Assembly (NCBI GenBank): GCA_950097015.1
Contig: CATNEN010000011.1
Coordinates: 3,844,001 to 3,908,000, forward strand
DNA: 64,000 nucleotides
DNA from: Macrostomum hystrix
Lineage: Eukaryota > Animalia > Platyhelminthes
Direction of reading: 5' to 3'
Below are positions 1-13,600 of this stretch, piece after piece. The notes beneath the pieces were generated by a model. That model saw nothing but the letters and a program-made list of their open reading frames with translations. It ran no database searches and was not told the origin of the DNA. The position numbers were made by a program, and so were the translations under genes. Positions within the stretch are counted from its first letter, which is position 1. The number at the start of each line of letters is the position of its first letter.

Positions 1-998
1 GGAAGGCTTCGAATTCTACCAACTGTTCGCGGGTGTCTCTACTTAACTCTTCGAATTCTTCGGGGTCGAGTTCGGCCCGAGCCTCCTCAAGATCGGAGAG
101 CTGATTCATCAGCCTGGAAGCAAAATAATGGGAAATATGTGTTTAGTATTGGATTATCTTGGGCGGCTGGGATTTTATGGGGATAATCCTGGCAGGTTGG
201 GATTCTAGTAGGATAATCCTGGTAGGTTGGGATTCTAGTAGGATAATCTTGGTAGGCTGGGATTCTAGTAGGATAATCCTGGTAGGTTGGGATTCTAGTA
301 GGATAATCCTGGTAGGTTGGGATTCTAGTAGGATAATCCTGGTAGGCTGGGATTCTAGTAGGATAATCTTGGTAGGCTGGGATTCTAGTAGGATAATCTT
401 GGTAGGCTGGGATTCTAGTAGGATAATCTTGGTAGGCTGGGATTCTAGTAGGATAATCTTGGTAGGCTGGCATTCTAGTAGGATAATCCTGGTAGGTTGG
501 GATTCTAGTAGGATAATCTTGGTAGGCTGGGATTATAGTAGGATAATCCTGGTAGGTTGGGATTTTAGTAGGATAATCTTGATAGGCTGGGATTTTAGTA
601 GGATAATCTTGGTAGGGATTCTAGTGGGATAATTTTGGGAGGTTGTGATTCTAATGGGATAATCCTGAAAGGTTGGGATTCTAATGGGATAATCCTGAAA
701 GGTTGGGATTTTAATGCGATAATCCTGGAAGGTTGGGATTCTAATGCGATAATCTTCGAAGGTTGGGATTCTAATGAGATAATTTTCGATGATTGTGATT
801 CTAATTTAAAAAATCTCTGATGATAAGGAATAAAATGCTAATCTAGACAAAAACTTACAAAACTACAAAGGAATAACACAAGGAAATAAAACAGTCTTCA
901 CAAATAAGCAAGTTAGCAGACATGCCTCACCTATCCATCTGATCCATTGCATTTTGAATCAAAGCAGCGTTTTCCAATTTTCCACGACTCGTTGACAT
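1..998 (-). CDS. LZIC: LZIC (leucine zipper and ICAT-homologous protein), 5' part. Exons 998-931 and 113-<1; the gene continues past the window edge
   Basis: Spliced translation MSTSRGKLENAALIQNAMDQMDR|LMNQLSDLEEARAELDPEEFEELSRDTREQLVEFEAF matches the LZIC N-terminus as I recall it (MASRGK...[21 protein letters not shown]). Canonical ag|gtgagg donor and ttccag| acceptor in a compatible phase. Confidence 0.9.
150..815. repeat. 30-bp minisatellite in the LZIC intron (GGGATTCTAGTAGGATAATCYTGGTAGGYT, changing to a diverged 30-bp variant after ~620)
   Basis: Visible tandem units; explains the 10-aa periodic ORFs 87-473 and 159-632. Confidence 0.95.
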
Positions 999-3015
999 TA
1001 TACTTTTTTGCAGCACTCTTTAAGCTTACAGAACTCTGTAATTAGTGTGCAAAAACTCTTTTAAAACAGAATTCATTGTCTTCTAATTTTATTACTATCT
1101 AAATCTTAATTGCCTGATTTAAAATATGTGCTAATTTTCATAATAAATTGAAATAAAATGGAAAAACTATTTAAAAAACTGTAATATATATTATTTTAAT
1201 TGGTAAATTGTCTGGCAACTGTGTACTTGTTTAAATAAACAATTAGCTAATGTAACACTTAAGGACTCGAAAACTCAAATAACTTAATAAGTGTAAGACG
1301 AAGAGTAAGGTTGGATTTGTGTAGCGGCAATGGTCTAACAGTCTAGATATTTATTAAGATGTCGGTCATAACCTGCGAATTAATTTAGATTGCCTTGTCT
1401 TAGTAGAAAAGTCTTAAATAAGCTCTAGCCCCCCATATATGCGTCCAACACCACTGGTAACCGGCTAGGCCAAGGCATGAAATATGCAGTGAATCAGTTT
1501 TTAAATACGGTGCGCATGGAATATAGTATGCGACAATCGAACTTTCTATACTTGCATAAATAATGAATAATTATGTACTGTTATAGATTTAATATATATA
1601 AATAGGAGACATTACACATAGACAAAATTCACTAAGAGTACAAAAATGCAATTCACACAGAAACTAAAAATTCCTAGACAAATAACGACAAACTACAATT
1701 ACAAAATAAATGACATCGTCACACTAACAACCAATGACAAAACGAATTCCGCATAAATTGTAAACATAGATTGAGACAAATTGTTTCAGAAAAACAATTG
1801 CGAAAAACTCTTTTGGAAAAAACTACATAAAATGCAAACAAAAAACAAAGACTAATAATCGACCACATCAAAGAAGTCAATAGGCAAAGGTCTAATTACT
1901 TTTTCTTATTAATTGAACCGAAATAAGAACAGATACACTTATTTGTAACTTACACTTGCTAAACCTTCATTTATTGTATATAACTAACTGAAAATAATAA
2001 TCATATTCATTCATAATATTTCTGTTCATAATTTCTTAACACAAGTTATGTTAAACTAGGTTGAAGCAGAATATTGTTTTAGGACTTGAAGAAAGTTAAA
2101 GAACTTTTTTAGTAAACAGAATTACTAGGAGTGGTAAACAAAAAAAGGATTAGAATGAAAAGAAAACATGTTAAAAGATTTGGACTAAAGCTTTATATAA
2201 GCTTTATATATTGTGCATGTCAGTGGTGACATGCACAATACTGTCACCACTGTTTAATGAGATTACAATCAGTTTTATATTGCACCAACCTCACTCCTCT
2301 CTACACCAAACTCACTCCTCTCAACACCAACTTCACTCCTCTCTGCACCAACCAGGTCCAACCTCACCACTTTCTGCACCAGCCTCAACCCTCTCTAGAC
2401 CAAACTCACTCCTCTCAACACCAACTTCACTCCTCTCTGCACCAACCTCAACCCTCTCTACAACAACCTCACTCCATACAAACCTCACTCTATACAAACC
2501 CTACTCCACTGAAAAACAGCCTCAATCCATTCAACATGAAACAAATTATACTTTCTCTTGATGTCTCCCTGGGCGGAAATGCAGCTGCACAAGATATAGA
2601 CAATGGCTAGGCCAACAGACAGTGATAGAATACTTGACAGGTTAGGTGAATATTCACACGGTGTCAGGCTATAGTTGATAAAGGAAGTTAGAAATGCAGA
2701 TGATTAGTAGACCTTTGTGAGAAGTGAAATTTATATGCAGGTAAGTCACTGGCTCCTTTAAATACCATCTTTGTGAATATATATTAGGCCCTATGTCCTA
2801 ATCTTTCTACCAGATACGTTGATGTCCACCACAAAATTGTTTGTACATACACATCAAAATTAATTAAGAAGCAAATACCAATATCTATCAGAACTTCAGA
2901 TAATACACTAGGCCTAGCTAATTTATATAAGCCCTGCAAAATAATTCAAGAAAAAGAGCATCCTGCACCTAAGATATGCCTCTATAGCAGATTAATTTGA
3001 ATCATGTCAACTTAC

Positions 3016-3360
3016 TGGGCACAATGGCAGTGTGCAGAGCATGAATAAACCAATGCAGTATGATATTATCTAATACAGCTGGATAGACCATCTCTCTATA
3101 AATGGCAAATAGAACCCAGAAAAGAGAAAAAGCCAACTGAAAAAATAGAACACTTGTAGGCATATATCGTTTTTTGACTTTTTTATTAATAATAACAGCT
3201 TTTCATTTAAGACTGGATATTTTCTGTTAGCTAATAGACTTACCAATGACATGGTAGCACTAGTACCAGCCAAAATCCCATTAATGCAGTGCAGCTGTTT
3301 TGAATTCGCCTGTGTTAGGTGGCCTAGCAGACTGAACACTAGACAAAATGTGAGAAACAC
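3016..3360 (-). CDS. AIG1/ADTRP (FAR-17a)-like integral membrane hydrolase. Two internal exons, 3360-3244 and 3136-3016; first and last exons not resolved
   Basis: Spliced translation ...SATMSL|LAFSLFWVLFAIYREMVYPAVLDNIILHWFIHALHTAIVP resembles the AIG1 FW...DREMIYP...WLNHGMHTTVLP segment. Canonical gtaagt donors and in-phase ag acceptors. Confidence 0.7.
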
Positions 3361-4807
3361 CTTTGAAAAACAAAAACAACAAAAAAATGAGAATCAAGAA
3401 AAATAAAAATGTCAAAAATGAAAAAATGTAATTATTATTAGCTTAGGCCTAGTATTGAAAACTTTTTATTTAATAATGCAAATATAAATAAATGCATTGG
3501 CCCTTGCTTGGTGCAAATCTAATTTTTATATGTATTGGAATATATGCATAGCTTGTAAAATAAAATAAATAAAAGATAGGGGCCTAGGCCTAGTTATGCT
3601 TGAAAAAAAATAAAAAGTTAAAAGCAGGAATATAATTTTTTTATCTATAAGTTATATCTAAAATTCTAATATAAATAGATTAATCAAACCCTGAAATAAA
3701 ACCCCAATTGACAGGCCCCTGGCCTAAAGCTTATTTTCTTAAATTAGTGCGGCATCTGTATTTCCGTGAAATATTACTAACAAAACAAAACCAGTAAAAC
3801 AAGATATGAAATTACTCAAAAGATAAACATATTGATAAACGAAATGCACATTCAAGAGTTATAAAACATTAAAAAGTAAATGCCAGCGAGCTGACACAAG
3901 TGAAAATGGGAGAAATTGCGTTTTGGTAACTAACGTGCAGCTGTCCAGATTGACCCCTTCACAGCATCATCCATAAGCAAACGATTTTTGTACATCTACA
4001 CCTTGCTGTAACCAAAGATGATTCGAACTAACTCTTGGATAAATGCAACACAACTTATTGTTCCTTTTTACGATTCACGGGATGAAGCTTAACGTAAGTG
4101 AATTTATTATGTAAATATATATATCTATGTCAAAAATAGAACCCGTAATTTTGACGATAAGGATGTCTGCACATATTATATCTATAAAGCACGATTTTAT
4201 AAAGTAAAGAACACGCCAGATACGACAGTACATGTACATGCATTATGATATGCACACCGCAGCAACACACTAGATGTATACGTGCCTATATAACGCCGTT
4301 GAAAATATCAGAGTGCGAAACTTATTGACATGATATTACTGGTATCAAGGACTACTAGTAGTTAGCTATTTATATCCTTTGACTGGAATATGCAGAAGCA
4401 CGTAAAAGGTTGACGAAAAAAAGTAAGCAGGTCCATGCTAAGTGCGAGGCAACAAATGTGCATCGTGTATACTGATGAGGCTACTTATGGCAGACAAAAG
4501 TCTCTAAATCAAAACCCATTTATTCTTTATTAAAGCATATAGCTTTAGCATTTTGGATCTTTAAAAAGCAGTTTCTATTTAAAACGTGACTAAGATAGGA
4601 ATCAACACCAAAATAGATCAGAAATGGATCGGAATATAAAAGAATATCTTATCGACACATAACATATGAAAGAAAAGAAATGGTAATTAATGTGCTTTGT
4701 TAAGCTTTGAATATGATAGTCACTGGTTCATGGAACAATTATAATTACAAGCTTGCGCGAGCTCGTGTGCACAAAAAGCGACAATAAAATGATTTACTAG
4801 CCTACTG

Positions 4808-7237
4808 TTAGTAGACGCTCATGGACGCCTGATAGATGCCGGCGATGTCGTCGCGCGTCTGCGGACAGGGCGCAATATTGCGCAGTCGATGCTGCGGCAG
4901 GACGCCTTCGACCAGAGAGTCGACGTGGGACGCATCGAAGCCGAGAGCGCGCAGACCGTCGGGTACGTCCAGGTCGTTCATCAGTTGGCGAACTTGATCA
5001 GCGAGAACCTGGCATTGCAGTGCGTGAGTTTGAGTGTACGGGGCGATTAGAGATTTTAATGACATCGCCAATCTCACCTTCCCAGCGTCGTCCTTTCGTT
5101 TCCTAGAAACGTCGGCTCCCAAAAGTCGCGCAGCTTCCAGATGACGCTCCGGCGAAGCTGCGCTAGTGAATTCGAACACTCGGGGGGCGGTCACAACCAC
5201 GGACAGGCCGTGCGGAATCAGCGCGTGACCTTCGGGATAGCCAGCAGAGCGATAGCCACCGCTGTTAGCCGAGACACTGGCTGCCAGACCGGAGATCGGG
5301 TAGGACAGGCCGTGGCACAGGTGGACTCCGGCATTGCCGAAGCCGACACCGGCCATACAGGCGGCTAGGTGCATTGCGGAGCGCGCCTCCGTGTCGTCCG
5401 GGTTCCTGACCGCGCGCCGGAAGTAGCGCGACACGGCGTCTAAGGCCCAGCGGCACCAGACGTCGCTAATTGGATTCGAGCCCTGACGGTCAATGATTTA
5501 AAATGTTTCCCTATACGGTTGATACCGCACCGAGCGATATGTAACAAAAAACACTAGAAGCTAACGAAGGAAAAAATCTAAAAGAAAGATTATTGAAACA
5601 AAATTACTTGAAAATGTTAGAAAATTGGTAAATTTAAGAGCCACTGAATCTAAAATTCTTCTGTTCTTTTGCGTTCTACTGACAGTAAAGTAGTATGAAA
5701 ATTGTGTTAGTTTAGTGATATGAGCTAGCAAACTTAAACCCCTCTGGCTATTTTGGGGCACAACAGAAATGAATAGATTTAGATTATGCAAAGCTAACAA
5801 CGGTCTCACCTGATAGGCCGGTCTCATTTTAGGATCCAGGGGTCGGGGCACTCTCTGGTGATAGGGCAAAGCAGTGAATGACTCGAGAGCGTGGCAGACA
5901 ACATCGAAGCCGCTGTAGGCGGCCACCCTATTGGGCATGGTAGCCGTGTGATCCGGATCGATTAGGCCCAGAGTTGGTCTCAGAGCTCGATTGGCGATGC
6001 CAGTCTTGGCGTGCATGGACTCGAGATCGAACACGGCCACGCCAGTAGTTTCACTGCCAGTACCGGCGGTTGTTGGCACAGCTATTAGCGGCTTCAGCTG
6101 ATGCGTGACAGGCAGACCGCGACCAATCGGAGCGTTGACATAGTCTAGGAAGTCGGCGGACGGATTCGTGACGTAAAGATTGGCAGCTTTGGCGGTGTCC
6201 ATAACACTGCCGCCGCCAACTGCCACAAAGGCGTCATAGTTGGCTTTGCCTGCAGCCTCAATGGCGGCTTTGAATGAGGAATCGGTCGGTTCAACGCGAA
6301 CATCCGGGTAGACATCGAAAGGAATGCGGCTGGCTGTTAGACTGTTCGCTACCTGGCGAGTAAATACAGTCACGCTTAATTTAACCATTTGCTTAGTGCT
6401 TGGCTACGAGCAATCTTCTTGAACTTTTAAGCATTCTCTAAAAGGATTAGAACAGTGTCTAACAGCATTCGAACAGTGTCTAACAAGATTAGAACAGTGT
6501 CTAACAGGATTCGAACAGTGTCTAACAGCATTCGAACAGTGTCTAACAGGATTCGAACAGTGTCTAACAGGATTCGAACAGTGTTTAACAAGATTCGAAC
6601 AGTGTCTAACAGGATTCGAACAGTGTCTAACAGGATTCGAACAGTGTCTAAAAGGATTCGAACAGTGTCTAACAGGATTCGAACAGTGTCTAACAGGATT
6701 CGAACAGTGTTTAACAGGATTCGAACAGTGTCTAACAGGATTCGAACAGTGCCTAATAGGATTCGAACAGTGTTTAACAGGATTCGAACAGTGTCTAACT
6801 GGTTAAGTGTTTATCAATCAGATAGGATTCAAAAAGTTCCTAACAGTTATGAGGCATCGTCAAGAATTCTGCTACTTTTTGTCCTATCGGACTATCGGAG
6901 ATAGGAATTCTTTCTAACAGGTAATCGTGCATAGACAAACGCTGCACACCTTCTTAAACGGCGGCAGTTTGGCCAACTGATTGTCGGTGAATACCAGAAC
7001 CCGACTGACGCCCAGGTTGACAGCATCCTGGCCAATCTCTCTGGTAACTCCAGGACCATATCGTACAGTAGAGACGGCCATCTCAAAGGCGTACTCAGTC
7101 TCCTGGAGAGCCTGATGACATTGTCTGTGATGCAGCCCTGAGCCGCAGGCGCTGTGGGCCGGACAACGGGTGCCGGAACCCAGTTCAAGAACCTCGCGCA
7201 TTGCGGCCAGTACGCGGCCTCGCAACTGTTGAGCCAT
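4808..7237 (-). CDS. ADHFE1: Hydroxyacid-oxoacid transhydrogenase, mitochondrial (iron-dependent ADH family). Exons 7237-6950, 6352-5810, 5482-5078, 5008-4808; ~478 aa
   Basis: Motifs EYAFEMAVSTVRYG, VGGGSVMD, VPTTAGTGSETT, GSNPISD, GFGNAGVHLCHG, LPQHR. All introns GT-AG and phase 0. Targeting-peptide-like N-terminus. Confidence 0.95.
6440..6800. repeat. 21-bp minisatellite (AGGATTCGAACAGTGTCTAAC) in ADHFE1 intron 1
   Basis: About 16 visible tandem units. Confidence 0.95.
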
Positions 7238-7614
7238 TTTATTTAGTAAACTAAAAAACTGTATAGCCTACTTGTCAGTGACTTAGTCAGTAGTGCAGAT
7301 GGGAATATTTCTTTTTAAAACTGGAAAACAAATTCAAACGTCACTGCTTTGGAATCGTCTACATATTTATTGGAATTTTTTCCTAAAAAGGAAAGAAAGG
7401 CATTAAGATAATTAGACGGAATGGATGAAAGCCAGACAAAGGGATAACAAATTAACTTAGCATGAGAGGACGGCTGTCAAACTGAGGCGTATAGCATTTA
7501 AAATTAGGGGACTACAATAAACTAAATGATAACTAATAAATTGAGGTGAAATCAAACATAGAGGATAATTATCAACTTGAAGAGATAACAATGAAACTTG
7601 ATCAAAGATAAAGC

Positions 7615-8545
7615 TGAGGGGATAACTGTTAAACTGAGGGAATAACTGTTTAACTGATGGGATAACTGTTAAACTGAGGGGATAACTGTTTAACTGAGGG
7701 GATAACTGTTAAACTGAGGGGATAACTGTTAAACTGATGGGATAACTGTTAAACTGATGGGATAACTGTTAAACTGATGGGATAACTGTTAAACTGATGG
7801 GATAACTGTTGCCTCAATGGTTAAGGCAACTGTTAAACTGATGGGATAACTGTTTAACTGATGGGATAACTGTTAAACTGAGGGGATAACTGTTTAACTG
7901 ATGGGATAACTGTTTAACTGAGGGGATAACTGTTAAACTGAGGGAATAACTGTTGAACTGATGGGATAGCTGTTTAACTGAGGGGATAACTGTTTAACTG
8001 ATGGGATAACTGTTTAACTGAGGGGATAACTGTTTAACTGAGGGGATAACTGTTAAACTGATGGGATAACTGTTAAACTGAGGGAATAACTGTTGAACTG
8101 AGGGGATAACTGTTTAACTGAGGGGATAACTGTTAAACTGAGGGGATAACTGTTTAACTGAGGGGATAACTGTTAAACTGAGGGGATAACTGTTAAACTG
8201 ATGGATAACTGTTAAACTGATGGATAACTGTTAAACTGATGGGATAACTGTTAAACTGATGGGATAACTGTTGCCTCAATGGTTAAGGCAACTGTTAAAC
8301 TGATGGGATAACTGTTTAACTGATGGGATAACTGTTAAACTGAGGGGATAACTGTTTAACTGATGGGATAACTGTTTAACTGAGGGGATAACTGTTAAAC
8401 TGAGGGAATAACTGTTGAACTGATGGGATAACTGTTTAACTGAGGGGATAACTGTTTAACTGATGGGATAACTGTTTAACTGAGGGAATAACTGTTTAAC
8501 TGAGGGGATAACTGTTGAACTGAGGGGATAACTGCTTAACTGATG
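7615..8545. repeat. 21-bp minisatellite (TTAAACTGAKGGGATAACTGT) upstream of ADHFE1, with an internal 462-bp higher-order duplication
   Basis: Tandem units; the interruption GCCTCAATGGTTAAGGCAAC occurs at 7811 and 8273. Confidence 0.95.
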
Positions 8546-9529
8546 GTATCTATAGCAATCAAACAGAGTGGACATATCAAGCAAAACCGTATTTCTTAAA
8601 AGGTTGACAAACTTTAAGTAAAGAATCACCCTTCAGTTAAACTTGTCTCAGTCATAGCTAACTGGAAGTGTTCATAAAATGAATCTTACGAATATAATTA
8701 GCTTCGCTACCTAGACCATTCATATATCATTGTACTCGTATAGCTTCTAAATAGTTGATCAAGAAAATCTTAAGCTCAATTCTAGCTATCTAGTTGGATA
8801 TCTAAACTGCCTTGCTCGACTAAATGATTGCGATAAGAAATCTAAAAGAAACCAGTTCATAGGGACCAGTTTAATACTGTATCTGGTCTACCTGTGCTTG
8901 CCATTTTCTATAGTCGATGAAACTCTTTAAGAAAAATTTAAACGAAAAGAAATTGAAACACCGAGAGCTATCGAATCATAGCAAAATTTTATTGTGACGA
9001 AAACTATATGAAAAAACAAACTCTAATTAATAACGTGAGCACAATTTTTCAATGCTTTATATTTTTTCCTCCGGCTAATAAAAACGCAGAGCTGAGCATA
9101 ATGCTGCTTTATAATGAGAAATCAATTGAACAAACATTATGCTCAGAATTTAATGAGCAGGTTTGTTATATATATATATATATATATAGGTTAAAAATAA
9201 GAGTCGATTACCAATAACAAACAGTCCTTCATCAAAGTGTAAAACTGTACCATATCGTATGGCGTAGAGAGAAAAAAAGCGGTGCATTGTATTGTAAATA
9301 AAACTAGAAACACGAGTGAGGCCATGGGTGTGCAAGAATGAGAACAATAAATGTATTAGGGTCACACTAATGCGGGGTTAGTAGGGATTAGAAGAAAATG
9401 TATTTCCCAGTCTACAAGGTTCTGAAGCGAAAGACAACAGCAAAAAACACGATTCAGAAAATGTGTAAATTCGTTTAAAAAGCTACAGTTTTAGAATTCT
9501 GTCTTGAATACTCACGAAAAGGCTGGTGC

Positions 9530-10200
9530 TTCATCTGGGAGACTTAGCTACTCAATCTGAGAATCTGGGAGACTTGGCTACTCAATCTGAGGATCTGGGA
9601 GACTTGGCTACTCAATCTGAGGATCTGGGAGACTTGGCTACTCAATCTGAGAATCTGGGAGACTTGGCTACTCAATCTGAGGATCTGGGAGACTTGGCTA
9701 CTCAATCTGAGGATCTGGGAGACTTGGCTACTCAATCTGAGGATTTGGGAGACTTGGCTACTCAATCTGAGGATCTGGGAGACTTGGCTACTCAATCTGA
9801 GGATCTGGGAGACTTGGCTACTCAACCTGAGGATCTGGGAGACTTGGCTACTCAATCTGAGGATCTGGGAGACTTGGCTACTCAATCTGAGGATCTGGGA
9901 GACTTGGCTACTCAATCTGAGAATCTGGGAGACTTGGCTACTCAATCTGAGGATCTGGGAGACTTGGCTACTCAATCTGAGGATTTGGGAGACTTGGCTA
10001 CTCAATCTGAGGATCTGGGAGACTTGGCTACTCAATCTGAGGATCTGGGAGACTTGGCTACTCAATCTGAGGATCTGGGAGACTTGGCTACTCAATCTGA
10101 GGATCTGGGAGACTTGGCTACTCAATCTGAGGATCTGGGAGACTTGGCTACTCAATCTGAGGATCTGGGAGACTTGGCTACTCAATCTGAGGATTTGGGA
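9530..10200. repeat. 30-bp minisatellite (GAGGATCTGGGAGACTTGGCTACTCAATCT), ~22 near-identical copies
   Basis: Tandem units; explains ORFs 9526-10281 and 9544-10185. Confidence 0.97.
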
Positions 10201-10671
10201 ACTTCGATTTTTTTAAAAGGAGGAGCTGGGAAGACAGTTTCTATATTGAAGATTTCCAAGACATTCATTAAACCTGGATAAATAAAGGCTCTAAAAAACT
10301 ATTTAGTGCTCAAACAAGTCTAGGAGTATTAAAACTAAAAAAGCTTGTACATCGATCTTTTTAACAAGATCACAAAAAAATTTTAACGATCCAAAAATGC
10401 GAGTCCACAACACGTAATTTTTTGCACACAAAACATCAAGCAATTTTAGAATTTTTCGAAGAGGACATTAAAAATCTGAATGTCGTTTCCACTGGAAAAT
10501 TTTAAGATACATCGACTCTTAGTGTGTGTGTACTCTGTACGTAGTTTCGGTATAAAAAACACGATGTGTTGGACTAGGCTAAAAATAACGCTCAGATTGA
10601 GATTCTCACTACTGAAGCAAACACACCCAGTTTGACTCTTAGAGAAAGAAGCCGTTTCTCAGCCGCAGACT

Positions 10672-13600
10672 TCAGTCGGCTGACGGCATGCAGCCCAGAC
10701 GTTCAAAGGCGGCCTTCTCTAGGTCAGCGCGATGATCCGGGTGGGCAATCTGGATCAGGTGGTAGGCCCTCTGGCGCAGGCACTTGCCCCACAGCTGGGC
10801 AATGCCGTGCTCGGTCACCACGTAGTGAACGTGAGCGCGAGTTGTCACAACACCGGCGCCTGAGCAATTGACATCAGTTTGCATTCGGTGTTTTTAGTAG
10901 GTCTTCTGTAACGGGTCCTAGTTTAGTAGCCTAGTGGTTAGAAGACTTAAAGGTCGGGGGTTCGATTCCCGACATCACTATAAAAATTTGTGTCTTCAAA
11001 TTGGGATAATTGAGAGTGAGTTTGACGTTCCCCACCCCAGTCCATGGACTGAACAGCCAGCCGTACGCAGCCATCAAATGCTGTCGGCTGCACGACTGGC
11101 TCGATTAGTATCTCACTACTTTGGCATTGTGCTTGAGAACAGCGCGACTTAGAACTCACCCTCCTTGATGAAGGGCACAATTTTACTGCCGCCCTTCTTA
11201 GTTGCAGACTGCAGCGCAATGATAGGCACGCCAAGGCCGTCAGTGGACAGGGCGGCGCCCCTAATAAAGTCCATCTGGCCGCCAACACCGGAATAGATCC
11301 GGGGTCCGATTGAGTCGCTGACAACCTGGCCGGTGAGATCGATTTCTATGCACGAGTTGATAGCCGTCACACGGGGATTTAAGCTGATGATGGACACCTG
11401 CAAAGTTTTAATTGTGATAAAAAATGCATGAAAACATTTTCAAACAGAAAACTATGAGGACACAGACTAAGGACAAAGACTCAGGATCACTCAGTGAGTC
11501 AAACTCCCACAAAGACTCGGGATCATTCAGCAAGTCATGATCGACACAATGACTCAGGATCATTGGGTGAGTCATGATCCCAACAAGACTCGGATCCTTC
11601 AGTGAGTCACAATCTTACAAAGACTCCGGATAATTCAGTGAGTCACAATCCTCACAAAGACTCTGGATCCTTCAGTGAGTCACAATCCTACAAAGACTCC
11701 GGATCATTCAGTGAGTCACAATCCTACAAAGACTCCGGATAATTCAGTGAGTCACAATCTTACAAAGACTCCGGATCATTCAGTGAGTCACAATCCTACA
11801 AAGACTCCGGATAATTCAGTGAGTCACAATCTTACAAAGACTCCGGATCATTCAGTGAGTCACAATCCTACAAAGACTCCGGATAATTCAGTGAGTCACA
11901 ATCTTACAAAGACTCCGGATCATTCAGTGAGTCACAATCCTACAAAGACTCCGGATAATTCAGTGAGTCACAATCCTACAAAGACTCCGGATCATTCAGT
12001 GAGTCACAATCCTACAAAGACTCCGGATAATTCAGTGAGTCACATACCTACAAAGACTCCGGATAATTCAGTGAGTCACATACCTACAAAGACTCCGGAT
12101 AATTAAGTGAGTCACAATCCTACAAAGACTCTGTATCCATGTCAGTGAGTCACAATCGCCACAAAGACTCTCAGACCAAGTCTCACCTGATTCACAAACT
12201 GAATATCGCACAGCTCCACCATGGCGTTGTCGTCAATGAAATTGAACACCCGATTAGTGCCGATGACAAATCCGGTGACAATCTTTCCGGGTTTAATCTT
12301 CTTCCTGGCGTTGGTGATGGCGCCAGATTCGGTCAGATCGACAACACCGTCGGAGAACATCTCGGTGTGGACGCCCAGGTCTTTGTGCTCGGTAAGGGAG
12401 GCCAGGACAGCATCCGGTATGCTCCCAATGCCAGTTTGCAGAGTGGCTCCGTTAGCCACTAGATTGTGAGCAATCAGTTTCCCAATCTCGCGCTCTTCCG
12501 GGCTAACGCCGCGCGATGTCATCTCGTGCATCGGCTGCGGCTTGTGCACCATGCAGTCAATGTGGGAGCAGTGAATCGAGGCGTCGCCGCGAGTTTTTGG
12601 AAGTTTGGGATTAACCTGCCATTGCGTGACAGTAGAGTGACATTAAAAAATAACTCTGATAAAACCTCATCATTGAAATTCTCACCTTTTAAATCTAAGG
12701 TCTCATCCTTACACACCTCACACCTCAATTTTAAACCAAGATCTCATTAGATTTTCGGATTTAAAACCTAAATCTCATGGTTTAAAACCTAAATCTCATG
12801 CTTTAAAGCCTACATCTCATGCTTTAAAGCCTACATCTCATCATTTAAAACCTACATCTCATTCTCTAAAAAACTAAATTTCATCCTTTAAAACAGGGGC
12901 CGGCAAACTCCGGCCAACGGGCCAGTTGCGGCCTCCGAAGCTGCCAAATCCAGCCCGTTGCCCCTTCCCACACCAACAATATTGTTTCATATTTTACCTG
13001 ACTCATCTCTCCTCGGTCCCTTCTCTCTAGTATCTCATCTCTCCTGTCTCGTCTCTTCCGTGTCTTATCTCTATCGTGTCTATCCTTCCCGTTTCGCATC
13101 TCTCCTCTGTCTTATCTCTGTCTCATCTTTATCTCATCTCTCCCGCGTCCTACCTCTTATATCTCTCATCTCTCCCTGCTATCTTTTATCCGTCTCATTT
13201 CTCCCCTATCTCAAATTTCTACAGTCAATACGGCCCGCTTTCGTCTTTTAGGTTCTCTCTTTGACCCGCTAGCTAATCATTTTGCCAACCCCTGCTTTAA
13301 CACCTACATCTCATCTGTTAAAAACTACATCTCACCCATCCGAACCTACATCTCACCCATCCAAACCTACATCTCACCCATCCAAACCTACATCTCACCC
13401 ATCCAAACCTACATCTCACCTATCAAAACCTACATCTCACCCATCAAAACCTACATCTCACCCATCCAAACCTACATCTCACCCATCAAAACCTACATCT
13501 CACCCATCCGAACCTACATCTTACCCATCCAAACCTACATCTCACCCATCAAAACCTACATCTCACCCATCCGAACCTACATCTTACCCATCCGAACCTA

